NCBI GenBank assembly: GCA_037447605.1
Contig: CM074819.1
Location: 62,001 to 126,000 of the forward strand
DNA length: 64,000 bases
From: Zygnema circumcarinatum SAG 698-1b
Lineage: Eukaryota; Plantae; Zygnematophyceae
Reading direction: 5' to 3'
Part shown: positions 48,898 through 61,022 of the stretch, in pieces
Numbering within the stretch: the stretch's first letter is position 1
Layout: every line of letters begins with the position of its first letter
The notes under the pieces: model-generated
Database searches by the model: none
Seen by the model: the letters and a program-made list of their open reading frames with translations, nothing else
Told to the model about the DNA's origin: nothing
Program-made: the position numbers and the translations under genes

Positions 48898-51800
48898 GGC
48901 AGTTTTCTGATAAACAAGTTTCGGATATTATAGTAGCGTCAATTCCTTGCGCAGTTGAGCTAAAAATGCTGAGCTGCTATGGTCTTAAAGTGAGTGCGCC
49001 AGCAGTTGGTAATTGATTGCCCCTCTATTAGTGCGCATAACAGTTCGTTCGGTGTGCCATGTTCACGTGCGGCAGAATTCACGATAATTGTAATGCAAAT
49101 CGACCTGGATCACCTTCAGACCTTGCTTGCATTTGCGTACTTGTCTAGCATTTCTAGAATTTTTCACACTTCTCCGACTCGGTTGGATTTCTCATGTCAA
49201 CGCATTGAACATTCCTTGCAGGTTCCTTTCACAAAAAAAAAAAAAACAAGAAAAAAGGGGCATGTACCTAAGAGAACACATGCACGGGATGGACCTCGCA
49301 TGGAAAACATCAACGCGTTTGTTCACACATCACAAATACTGTTATCTTCAGCTATGCTCTTCGGTTGTGTATTTTTCATTCGGACGTTGGATTTACCGGG
49401 GATATGAAATTGTCTCTCATTTTCACTTCAATTGTTAAAACCTTTCTGGAGTGTCATGGCTTGATATCAATGATGAAATAAACGCATTGACGGTGCTTAC
49501 TGCTCTCCTTAGACTGCACAGACTGCCGTATCATCTGATGACATTGATCTCTGCTCTGATTTTAGTGATTCTGATTCTGATTCAATTTTCTATTTGTCAA
49601 CTGCTACCCTAGCGGTTCCTAAACTAGTTTGCGCATATAAAATATTCCCGATTTATGAGATTGATTAGTAGACGAAGTGTTACAAAGGGATGCTGAGTAC
49701 AGTGTGCATGTTGTGATTCACGTCATACAGAAGCATTTTGTTCCAAATCATGCGAATTCGTGATGTATTATTTTTCGATGTTGAACAGATTTGAAGAGGA
49801 TTTTTTTTCCATTCATATTCTTCACCTTCCTCTCATTAAGTGCAGCGAATTTCCACTTTTTTTTTTGTTTCATTTTTATGGTCGCTTTCGGCCGTCAGAG
49901 TTTGCTTCAGCGAAAGCTTCCAACATAAACAGAAAATCCAGCGAAGCAAAAAAAAATCACGATATGGCATTAGTAAAGTCGCCTTCTCTGCGNNNNNNNN
50001 NNACTCTGACTGACTCTGACAATACGAATGCTGAACTCTAGCATAATACCGCCCGCCTATGTATCATCCCTTTCCTATTGGTCCTTACAGTTGCAAAATC
50101 AAGATTTTCGCCCCATATTTGCCAAAACCATGGCGATAAAATAAGGACACCTACTGTAATTTCTTACCTTTACGGTAATAATTTACGTGGCAAAGAGCCC
50201 AACCAGCCATAATTTTAGCACAATGGCTTGGAATGGCATACCATTCAGAAACTTCAGCCCTCTTGGCCATTTCGTACAAATGGTATATGATGCAGTTTCC
50301 ATGTTCAGAACGCAACTGTGCGGAAATGTCGAAGATTGGCATGCGAGGAAACGGGCCTATGTACGGTGCAGTACTACTGCACTGGCGAAGGACGCGAACG
50401 GCCATGACGATCCGCTGCGCTAATTAAAAGGACAGCGTCTCTTCCGGGACGCCGAGGTCAAATTGGAGTCGTCATGGGACCCAATTCGCACTCGGTTCCT
50501 CTCTCTCCTTGTTGCTGCGTCCCATCTCGTCAAATGGTCAGGCTGGTGGTGTATGCAGCTGGAGTTAGTGGTCTGCTTCTAGGCTTGGCCATTGGCCTGC
50601 GTGCACGTTCAAGGCCAAGACGCGCATTCCGCCCTCCACCTCTAGCCTCGGGTCTCCAGACCGCACTTAACCCCGCTGATGGGCGCATACATGGTTGGGA
50701 GAATGCGATTGAACCTGTAAATGACGCTAATAACAGACGTCTCACACAGTCGTTTCTTGACAATGTGGCAACTGCACTAAATGCGGCCATTATAGTAAGC
50801 GCCACAGTGTTTTCTGTCTCACTTTTACGAAATCAAACGGACGGGCAGGTCCACAAAGCTCGTGGAGATAATCTAACTGGAAAGTGTTGACCGGCAAGGC
50901 CCGCACTGGCCTGACGTGATGGAGAGTATTCTGAAGGTCAGATCACATAGTCCACAGATAAATTATGAGCCAGAAGAGAGAGTTGTAACACTTGATAAAG
51001 ACTGTTAGGGACAGAGGAAGAAGCTTACCGGAATGTGAAGCTTTACAGCTTAAGGGGGACACTCTTGTTATGGAGTAGAGAAGTAAAAGAGGGGCTCTTG
51101 CTGCGTTTTTGTACTCCGGTGTTGAAGATAAGATTTTTTTTGCCATTATGTTTTCTCTTATCTTCTTGATCTTCGAATTGTTCATTGATTCTTTGCTTGG
51201 GGCAGTTTCTCTGTTTTTGAGTTTGATCGTGTCCTTACGCAAAGGTGGCGTCTTGTAGTCCAAGGCGTAGAGGGATGTCATCCTCAGAGGCATCCTCTAG
51301 CAGTATGGAGGCTCTGCATTTCCAACAGGCAGTTTTCTGATAAACAAGTTTCGGATATTATAGTAGCGTCAATTCCTTGCGCAGTTGAGCTAAAAATGCT
51401 GAGCTGCTATGGTCTTAAAGTGAGTGCGCCAGCAGTTGGTAATTGATTGCCCCTCTATTAGTGCGCATAACAGTTCGTTCGGTGTGCCATGTTCACGTGC
51501 GGCAGAATTCACGATAATTGTAATGCAAATCGACCTGGATCACCTTCAGACCTTGCTTGCATTTGCGTACTTGTCTAGCATTTCTAGAATTTTTCACACT
51601 TCTCCGACTCGGTTGGATTTCTCATGTCAACGCATTGAACATTCCTTGCAGGTTCCTTTCACAAAAAAAAAAAAAACAAGAAAAAAGGGGCATGTACCTA
51701 AGAGAACACATGCACGGGATGGACCTCGCATGGAAAACATCAACGCGTTTGTTCACACATCACAAATACTGTTATCTTCAGCTATGCTCTTCGGTTGTGT

Positions 51801-52531
51801 ATTTTTCATTCGGACGTTGGATTTACCGGGGATATGAAATTGTCTCTCATTTTCACTTCAATTGTTAAAACCTTTCTGGAGTGTCATGGCTTGATATCAA
51901 TGATGAAATAAACGCATTGACGGTGCTTACTGCTCTCCTTAGACTGCACAGACTGCCGTATCATCTGATGACATTGATCTCTGCTCTGATTTTAGTGATT
52001 CTGATTCTGATTCAATTTTCTATTTGTCAACTGCTACCCTAGCGGTTCCTAAACTAGTTTGCGCATATAAAATATTCCCGATTTATGAGATTGATTAGTA
52101 GACGAAGTGTTACAAAGGGATGCTGAGTACAGTGTGCATGTTGTGATTCACGTCATACAGAAGCATTTTGTTCCAAATCATGCGAATTCGTGATGTATTA
52201 TTTTTCGATGTTGAACAGATTTGAAGAGGATTTTTTTTCCATTCATATTCTTCACCTTCCTCTCATTAAGTGCAGCGAATTTCCACTTTTTTTTTTGTTT
52301 CATTTTTATGGTCGCTTTCGGCCGTCAGAGTTTGCTTCAGCGAAAGCTTCCAACATAAACAGAAAATCCAGCGAAGCAAAAAAAAATCACGATATGGCAT
52401 TAGTAAAGTCGCCTTCTCTGCGTTCCATGTGACATTCACTTAGGACGAGTACATTTTGCTCTCAAAAGCAGTAACTTTTGACGCTTCCGAGAGCCGATAT
52501 TTCGTACGCAAAGAGAGAGAACGTGCAAGGA

Positions 52532-53008
52532 CTAGCAGGATATAGGTACCTTTAAACTGATAGATATTCCATTCTGCCATTTTAGTTGGAAAAAGCAAAA
52601 CCAAAAACCCTCATAGGTTATGTACGTAACGCTGCGCTGGCCATAGGCATCAATTTGAATATTGCCATCCTGCCCACCGAAATTGGCTCTACACACTTGG
52701 TTTGTTGAAGTAGTCTGTAGGAGTGGCCCAAAAGGTCCTTTGTTTCCAGTAGGTAGTCTCCACACGTTGGACGTATAACCCACGCAGTCAACCAGCCTCA
52801 GTTGAACTAGAGCAGAATTGCAGAGGTTGGTAAATGTATGTTTGAATTTGCGCAAATTAGAAGCTGGATCAACAGTGTCGGTAACCACGATAGTCTGCTG
52901 AACAGAATTCGTGTCCCAATTGCAAGCTGGTCACATTGCACAGAGGGCCACCACATCAGTGAGCAGTCAGTCGTTACAGTGCAGACACAAAGTCCATCTC
53001 GCAAAAGC
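52532..53008 (-). CDS. TPD1-like secreted Cys-rich protein, type A, exon 3 only (gap upstream)
   Basis: Identical to exon 3 of the copy at 56227-57293. Confidence 0.7.
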
Positions 53009-53730
53009 NNNNNNNNNNATGGACCTCGCATGGAAAACATCAACGCGTTTGTTCACACATCACAAATACTGTTATCTTCAGCTATGCTCTTCGGTTGTGT
53101 ATTTTTCATTCGGACGTTGGATTTACCGGGGATATGAAATTGTCTCTCATTTTCACTTCAATTGTTAAAACCTTTCTGGAGTGTCATGGCTTGATATCAA
53201 TGATGAAATAAACGCATTGACGGTGCTTACTGCTCTCCTTAGACTGCACAGACTGCCGTATCATCTGATGACATTGATCTCTGCTCTGATTCTGGTGATT
53301 CTGATTATTATTCAATTTTCTATTTGTCAACTGCTACCCTAGCGGTTCCTAAACTAGTTTGCGCAATATTCCCGATTTATGAGATTGATTAGTAGACGAA
53401 GTGTTACAAAGGGACGCTGTGTACAGTGTGCATATTGTGATTTACGGCATACACAAGCATTATGTTCCAAATCATGCGAGTTCGTGATGTATTATTTTTC
53501 GATGTTGAACAGATTTGAAGAGGATTTTTTTTTCATTCATATTCTTCACCTTCCTCTCATTAAGTGCAGCGAATTTCCACTTTTTTTTTTGTTTCATTTT
53601 TATGGTCGCTTTCGGCCGTCAGAGTTTGCTTCAGCGAAAGCTTCCAACATAAACAGAAAATCCAGCGAAGCAAAAAAAAATCACGATATGGCATTAGTAA
53701 AGTCGCCTTCTCTGCGTTCCATGTGACATT

Positions 53731-54542
53731 TGTTAGTGTACATTAGTTAGTGGTACATAGTTAATGAGTGCATGTGTTTGTTTGGAGTCTAGAAGGGCTA
53801 GGCGGTAGAGCTAGGGTCGAGCTATCATCGAGCTAGGAGTTCAGAGGTGTACATGAGACACCTGAGGCGCGAGTCACGGGAGGCCGTCGGAACAAGAGTC
53901 CGTACCGAATGTGAACGACCGGCTGTGTGGCGACGGAGTTCGAAATGGAGCGCAGTGACGTGACGTGGCGCGGCGCGCAACTAAGGGCGCGTGACGTGGC
54001 GCGGCGCACAACTAAAGGCGTGTGACGTGACAGGCGCGAAACGAAGGCGCGTGACGTGACAGACGTGCAGGCGCAGACGCGTGGCGAAATCAGCGCTGAG
54101 TGTGTGCTAGTGCGCTCTTAGTGTGTGCTAGTGCGGGGTTAGTAGTCGCCCATGGTTGTTGCTTTGGGCGAAGTATAAGTTAAGAGGGAGAACTTTGAGA
54201 CTTAACCCTGAGTGTAGACTGCGAGAAGCAGTAGGTGTAGCTTGCCGGAATGTGGTGGAGCCTCACAGCTTGAGGGTGGTAGTCTTGTAGTGGAGTAGAG
54301 GTGCAGGGGAGGGGCTCTTGCTGCACGCTTGTACTTCAATCTGAATTTAAGAGTTTTAGGCCGTTGTGCTTTCTCTTAATTCATTTCTTTCTGTTCTGTC
54401 TTTCATTCTTTGCTTGGGGCTGTTTTAAGCTTTGTGAGTGAGATCTTGTGCTTCCGCAAAGGTGGCGTCTCCTAGTCCTAGGCGTGGAGAGATGTCCTCA
54501 TCAGAGGCATCCTCCAGCAGGTCAGGGGGCACCGTTTCAACA
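53731..54542 (+). mobile_element. Copia solo LTR, 812 bp, TSD ACATT
   Basis: TGTTAG...TTCAACA flanked by ACATT at 53726-53730 and 54543-54547. The empty site ATGTGACATTCACTTAGG is seen in sibling repeat units. Confidence 0.95.
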
Positions 54543-54644
54543 ACATTCACTTAGGACGAGTACATTTTGCTCTCAAAAGCAGTAACTTTTGACGCTTCCG
54601 AGAGCCGATATATTCCGTACGCAAAGAGAGAGAACGTGCAAGGA

Positions 54645-55542
54645 CTAGCAGGATATAGGTACCTTTAAACTGATAAATTTTGCATTCTGCCATTTTAGTT
54701 GGAAAAAGCAAAACCAAAAACCTTCATAGATAATGTACGTAACGCTGCGCTGGCCATAGGCATCAATGTGAATATTGCCATCCTGCCCACTGAAATTGGC
54801 TCTAACCACTTGGTTTGTTGAAGTAGTCTGTGGAAGTGGCCCAAAAGGTCCTTGGTTTCCAGTAGGTAGTCTCCACACGTTGGACGTATAACTCGTGCAG
54901 TCAACCAGCCTCAGTTGAACTAGAGCAGAATTGCAGAGGTTGGTAAATGTATGTTTGAATTTGCGCAAATTAGAAGTTGGATCCACAGTATCGGTAACCA
55001 CGATAGTCTGCTGAACAGAAATCGTGTCCCAATTGCAAGCTGGTCACATTGCACAGAGGGCCACCACATCAGTGAGCAGTCAGTCGTTACAGTGCAGACA
55101 CAAAGTCCACCTCGCAAAAGCAAGACAGATGTTAACCTGCCTGTCTCTCTCTCTCTCTCTCACTCTCTCACTCTCTCTTTCTCTCTATCTTTCTCTCCCT
55201 CCCTCCCTCCCTCCTCCTAGCGATCTCAATGGCAGACGCAAAAAGAAGCAAATCTGGTTTCTTACAAGCGAGAAGCTTGCGGGCATGCGAGCTGCCTTGA
55301 GAAGCCGTGTCTGGCACGGAATTCAGCGTCATGGACCCGTTCTGAGGCCCCACCAGTGATGGACGAAAGCCTGCACAATCCGCCAGGAGATTGAAAGGAT
55401 TTGAAGAGGAGACGAGCACGTGCGTAGCATGCTCCATGCCAGTGTTTGAAACAATGTGCATTAGAAAGCTAGCATGTGCAAAGCCTGCGTCATCGAAAAG
55501 AATACGGGAAAGCTGCTCTAAGGGGGGTGGTTGGTAACAGGG
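54645..55542 (-). CDS. TPD1-like secreted Cys-rich protein, divergent type B (exons 2-3; exon 1 in gap)
   Basis: Same splice sites as type A; 13 amino-acid differences in exon 3, including Cys to Val. Confidence 0.7.
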
Positions 55543-56226
55543 NNNNNNNNNNTCAATTGTTAAAACCTTTCTGGAGTGTCATGGCTTGATATCAATGATG
55601 AAATAAACGCATTGACGGTGCTTACTGCTCTCCTTAGACTGCACAGACTGCCGTATCATCTGATGACATTGATCTCTGCTCTGATTTTAGTGATTCTGAT
55701 TCTGATTCAATTTTCTATTTGTCAACTGCTACCCTAGCGGTTCCTAAACTAGTTTGCGCATATAAAATATTCCCGATTTATGAGATTGATTAGTAGACGA
55801 AGTGTTACAAAGGGATGCTGAGTACAGTGTGCATGTTGTGATTCACGTCATACAGAAGCATTTTGTTCCAAATCATGCGAATTCGTGATGTATTATTTTT
55901 CGATGTTGAACAGATTTGAAGAGGATTTTTTTTCCATTCATATTCTTCACCTTCCTCTCATTAAGTGCAGCGAATTTCCACTTTTTTTTTTGTTTCATTT
56001 TTATGGTCGCTTTCGGCCGTCAGAGTTTGCTTCAGCGAAAGCTTCCAACATAAACAGAAAATCCAGCGAAGCAAAAAAAAATCACGATATGGCATTAGTA
56101 AAGTCGCCTTCTCTGCGTTCCATGTGACATTCACTTAGGACGAGTACATTTTGCTCTCAAAAGCAGTAACTTTTGACGCTTCCGAGAGCCGATATTTCGT
56201 ACGCAAAGAGAGAGAACGTGCAAGGA

Positions 56227-57293
56227 CTAGCAGGATATAGGTACCTTTAAACTGATAGATATTCCATTCTGCCATTTTAGTTGGAAAAAGCAAAACCAAA
56301 AACCCTCATAGGTTATGTACGTAACGCTGCGCTGGCCATAGGCATCAATTTGAATATTGCCATCCTGCCCACCGAAATTGGCTCTACACACTTGGTTTGT
56401 TGAAGTAGTCTGTAGGAGTGGCCCAAAAGGTCCTTTGTTTCCAGTAGGTAGTCTCCACACGTTGGACGTATAACCCACGCAGTCAACCAGCCTCAGTTGA
56501 ACTAGAGCAGAATTGCAGAGGTTGGTAAATGTATGTTTGAATTTGCGCAAATTAGAAGCTGGATCAACAGTGTCGGTAACCACGATAGTCTGCTGAACAG
56601 AATTCGTGTCCCAATTGCAAGCTGGTCACATTGCACAGAGGGCCACCACATCAGTGAGCAGTCAGTCGTTACAGTGCAGACACAAAGTCCATCTCGCAAA
56701 AGCAAGACAGATGTCAACCTACTTGTGTCTCTCTCTCTCTCTCACTCTCTCACTCTCTCTTTCTCTCTATCTTTCTCTCCCTCCCTCCCTCCCTCCTCCT
56801 AGCGATCTCAATGGCAGACGCAAAAAGAAGCAAATCTGGTTTCTTACAAGCGAGAAGCTTGCGGGCATGCGAGCTGCCTTGAGAAGCCGTGTCTGGCACG
56901 GAATTCAGCGTCATGGACCCGTTCTGAGGCCCCACCAGTGATGGACGAAAGCCTGCACAATCCGCCAGGAGATTGAAAGGATTTGAAGAGGAGACGAGCA
57001 CGTGCGTAGCATGCTCCATGCCAGTGTTTGAAACAATGTGCATTAGAAAGCTAGCATGTGCAAAGCCTGCGTCATCGAAAAGAATACGGGAAAGCTGCTC
57101 TAAGGGGGGTGGTTGGTAACAGGGAGGCCAGCAACGCAGCAAGAAGGCAATCACACTTGAAACGCACGCCACACAGGATTTCACGACTGGTCGACTGCTC
57201 ACCGTTGATATTTCGCGCAGCGTCAGCAGACGCAATTGCTGCTGCAGCGAGCACTGCTAGGAGCAGCATGGTCTTCCCAGCCCGGCAGGACAT
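56227..57293 (-). CDS. Complete 3-exon gene, ~207-aa prepro-protein: signal peptide, pro-region ending HARKLL, six-Cys TPD1-like domain (type A)
   Basis: Exon 1 runs from 57293 (or 57269) to ~57170 and reads MSCRAGKTMLLLAVLAAAAIASADA...; the exact phase-1 donor is uncertain. Exon 2 is 56952-56848 and exon 3 is 56621-56227 (SCNWDTNSVQQTIVV...FTNLC...LVDCVGYTS...VCRANFGG...SVTYITY...ISC*). Confidence 0.8.
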
Positions 57294-58081
57294 GACCGGA
57301 GTGTGTCTCCACGAACGCCCGAACGATCGAACGAGGAGAGGGAGAGAGCAGCCGCGAGCTTCTGATGGCAAGTCGCAACCTGGTTAACAGCAATGAANNN
57401 NNNNNNNTCAATTGTTAAAACCTTTCTGGAGTGTCATGGCTTGATATCAATGATGAAATAAACGCATTGACGGTGCTTACTGCTCTCCTTAGACTGCACA
57501 GACTGCCGTATCATCTGATGACATTGATCTCTGCTCTGATTTTAGTGATTCTGATTCTGATTCAATTTTCTATTTGTCAACTGCTACCCTAGCGGTTCCT
57601 AAACTAGTTTGCGCATATAAAATATTCCCGATTTATGAGATTGATTAGTAGACGAAGTGTTACAAAGGGATGCTGAGTACAGTGTGCATGTTGTGATTCA
57701 CGTCATACAGAAGCATTTTGTTCCAAATCATGCGAATTCGTGATGTATTATTTTTCGATGTTGAACAGATTTGAAGAGGATTTTTTTTCCATTCATATTC
57801 TTCACCTTCCTCTCATTAAGTGCAGCGAATTTCCACTTTTTTTTTTGTTTCATTTTTATGGTCGCTTTCGGCCGTCAGAGTTTGCTTCAGCGAAAGCTTC
57901 CAACATAAACAGAAAATCCAGCGAAGCAAAAAAAAATCACGATATGGCATTAGTAAAGTCGCCTTCTCTGCGTTCCATGTGACATTCACTTAGGACGAGT
58001 ACATTTTGCTCTCAAAAGCAGTAACTTTTGACGCTTCCGAGAGCCGATATTTCGTACGCAAAGAGAGAGAACGTGCAAGGA

Positions 58082-59148
58082 CTAGCAGGATATAGGTACC
58101 TTTAAACTGATAGATATTCCATTCTGCCATTTTAGTTGGAAAAAGCAAAACCAAAAACCCTCATAGGTTATGTACGTAACGCTGCGCTGGCCATAGGCAT
58201 CAATTTGAATATTGCCATCCTGCCCACCGAAATTGGCTCTACACACTTGGTTTGTTGAAGTAGTCTGTAGGAGTGGCCCAAAAGGTCCTTTGTTTCCAGT
58301 AGGTAGTCTCCACACGTTGGACGTATAACCCACGCAGTCAACCAGCCTCAGTTGAACTAGAGCAGAATTGCAGAGGTTGGTAAATGTATGTTTGAATTTG
58401 CGCAAATTAGAAGCTGGATCAACAGTGTCGGTAACCACGATAGTCTGCTGAACAGAATTCGTGTCCCAATTGCAAGCTGGTCACATTGCACAGAGGGCCA
58501 CCACATCAGTGAGCAGTCAGTCGTTACAGTGCAGACACAAAGTCCATCTCGCAAAAGCAAGACAGATGTCAACCTACTTGTGTCTCTCTCTCTCTCTCAC
58601 TCTCTCACTCTCTCTTTCTCTCTATCTTTCTCTCCCTCCCTCCCTCCCTCCTCCTAGCGATCTCAATGGCAGACGCAAAAAGAAGCAAATCTGGTTTCTT
58701 ACAAGCGAGAAGCTTGCGGGCATGCGAGCTGCCTTGAGAAGCCGTGTCTGGCACGGAATTCAGCGTCATGGACCCGTTCTGAGGCCCCACCAGTGATGGA
58801 CGAAAGCCTGCACAATCCGCCAGGAGATTGAAAGGATTTGAAGAGGAGACGAGCACGTGCGTAGCATGCTCCATGCCAGTGTTTGAAACAATGTGCATTA
58901 GAAAGCTAGCATGTGCAAAGCCTGCGTCATCGAAAAGAATACGGGAAAGCTGCTCTAAGGGGGGTGGTTGGTAACAGGGAGGCCAGCAACGCAGCAAGAA
59001 GGCAATCACACTTGAAACGCACGCCACACAGGATTTCACGACTGGTCGACTGCTCACCGTTGATATTTCGCGCAGCGTCAGCAGACGCAATTGCTGCTGC
59101 AGCGAGCACTGCTAGGAGCAGCATGGTCTTCCCAGCCCGGCAGGACAT
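58082..59148 (-). CDS. Identical type A copy (contig 57408-59252 duplicates 55553-57397)
   Basis: Same sequence and same contig ends at offset 1855; possibly an artefact. Confidence 0.55.
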
Positions 59149-59301
59149 GACCGGAGTGTGTCTCCACGAACGCCCGAACGATCGAACGAGGAGAGGGAGA
59201 GAGCAGCCGCGAGCTTCTGATGGCAAGTCGCAACCTGGTTAACAGCAATGAANNNNNNNNNNGCCGATATTTCGTACGCAAAGAGAGAGAACGTGCAAGG
59301 A

Positions 59302-59796
59302 CTAGCAGGATATAGGTACCTTTAAACTGATAGATATTCCATTCTGCCATTTTAGTTGGAAAAAGCAAAACCAAAAACCCTCATAGGTTATGTACGTAAC
59401 GCTGCGCTGGCCATAGGCATCAATTTGAATATTGCCATCCTGCCCACCGAAATTGGCTCTACACACTTGGTTTGTTGAAGTAGTCTGTAGGAGTGGCCCA
59501 AAAGGTCCTTTGTTTCCAGTAGGTAGTCTCCACACGTTGGACGTATAACCCACGCAGTCAACCAGCCTCAGTTGAACTAGAGCAGAATTGCAGAGGTTGG
59601 TAAATGTATGTTTGAATTTGCGCAAATTAGAAGCTGGATCCACAGTATCGGTAACCACGATAGTCTGCTGAACAGAAATCGTGTCCCAATTGCAAGCTGG
59701 TCACATTGCACAGAGGGCCACCACATCAGTGAGCAGTCAGTCGTTACAGTGCAGACACAAAGTCCACCTCGCAAAAGCAAGACAGATGTTAACCTG

Positions 59797-59866
<70 letters not shown>

Positions 59867-60261
59867 CCTCCTCCTAGCGATCTCAATGGCAGACGCAAAA
59901 AAAAAAATTCTGGTTTCTTACAAGCGAGAAGCTTGCGGGCATGCGAGCTGCCTTAAGAAGCCGTGTCTGGCACGGAATTCAGCGTCATGGACCCGTTCTG
60001 AGGTCCCACCAATGATGGACGAAAGCCTGCACAATCCGCCAGGAGATTGAAAGGATTTGAAGAGGAGACGAGCACGTGCGTAGCATGCTCCATGCCAGTG
60101 TATGAAACGATGTGCATTAGAAAGCTATCATGTGCAAAGCCTGCGTCATAGAAAAGAATACAGGAAAGCTGCGCTAAGGGGGGTGGGTGGTAACAGGGAG
60201 GCCAGCAACGCAGCAAGAAGGCATCACACTTTAAACGCACGCCACACAGGACTTCACGACT
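59302..60261 (-). pseudogene. Chimeric A/B TPD1-like pseudogene
   Basis: CAA>TAA in exon 2 (59953-59955). Exon 1 is truncated at ~60261 by a repeat related to 47000-47130. Confidence 0.8.
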
Positions 60262-61022
60262 AGAAAATTGGCTTTAAAGAGAGAGTGAAAGTGCATTGAA
60301 CTCACGATGGCGAGGCCATCAAATGTACATGAACAAAAGCAGCATGTGGAACCACGAGGGACTGGCCACAAAGGACCTAGGCACAAAAGATAGAAGCTAA
60401 GAGCGGAAAACTACGCCTAGGCGCAACAACGCAGCCCCGAGAAGCAGCCGCGAAGGTCACCGATGTGAGGCACATCCCGAGGAGGGAGCGGCGGAAGTCC
60501 ACCGACACGGTCGCTTTTTAGGTTTCGTTACTTTACCTCATTTTCCTATTTCAGGTATGGAGGAGAGACCCGAAATTTCAAGAGGTTCATTCAACGTCTC
60601 CCGTCTTCAAATTCACAATTCAATCGTCCGCTTGTGCGAAGTTACATTAGCAAATGCAGCCACGTCAGCAAAGTTGAATGGAGTGGGATGAAGTTGAACC
60701 ATAAAAACGCAGCCTCATTTGTTCGCACTTCGAAAACATGAATTGCACAGTCCAACCGTGCAAAATCTGTACGGCCACCACGTGACCACCTAATTTTCTT
60801 ACCCTCTACGGTGACATTTTACGCGGCAAAGAGCCCAACCAGCCATAATTTTAGCGCAATGGGATGCCCTTCGGAAACTTCAGCCCGCTTGGCCATTTCG
60901 TACAAATAGTATATGATGCAGTNNNNNNNNNNNNNNNNNNNNNNNNNNNNNNNNNNNNNNNNNNNNNNNNNNNNNNNNNNNNNNNNNNNNNNNNNNNNNN
61001 NNNNNNNNNNNNNNNNNNNNNN

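Larger units (their letters stand above)
47573..52422. repeat. Exact 2420-bp direct duplication (47573-49992 = 50003-52422) across a 10-N gap
   Basis: Identical ORF sets at offset 2430; probably an assembly overlap. Confidence 0.9.

Noticed and set aside
47573-52422. Exact 2.4-kb tandem duplication as a recent biological event
   Set aside because: The copies are identical and meet exactly at a 10-N gap, which fits unmerged contig overlap; read depth is needed.
53950-54070. CRISPR-like or regulatory repeat array
   Set aside because: Degenerate tandem repeats without unique spacers, inside an LTR in a eukaryote.
55553-59252. Two identical type A gene copies
   Set aside because: The contigs have identical start and end points, so probably the same contig was placed twice. 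Array copy number cannot be trusted.
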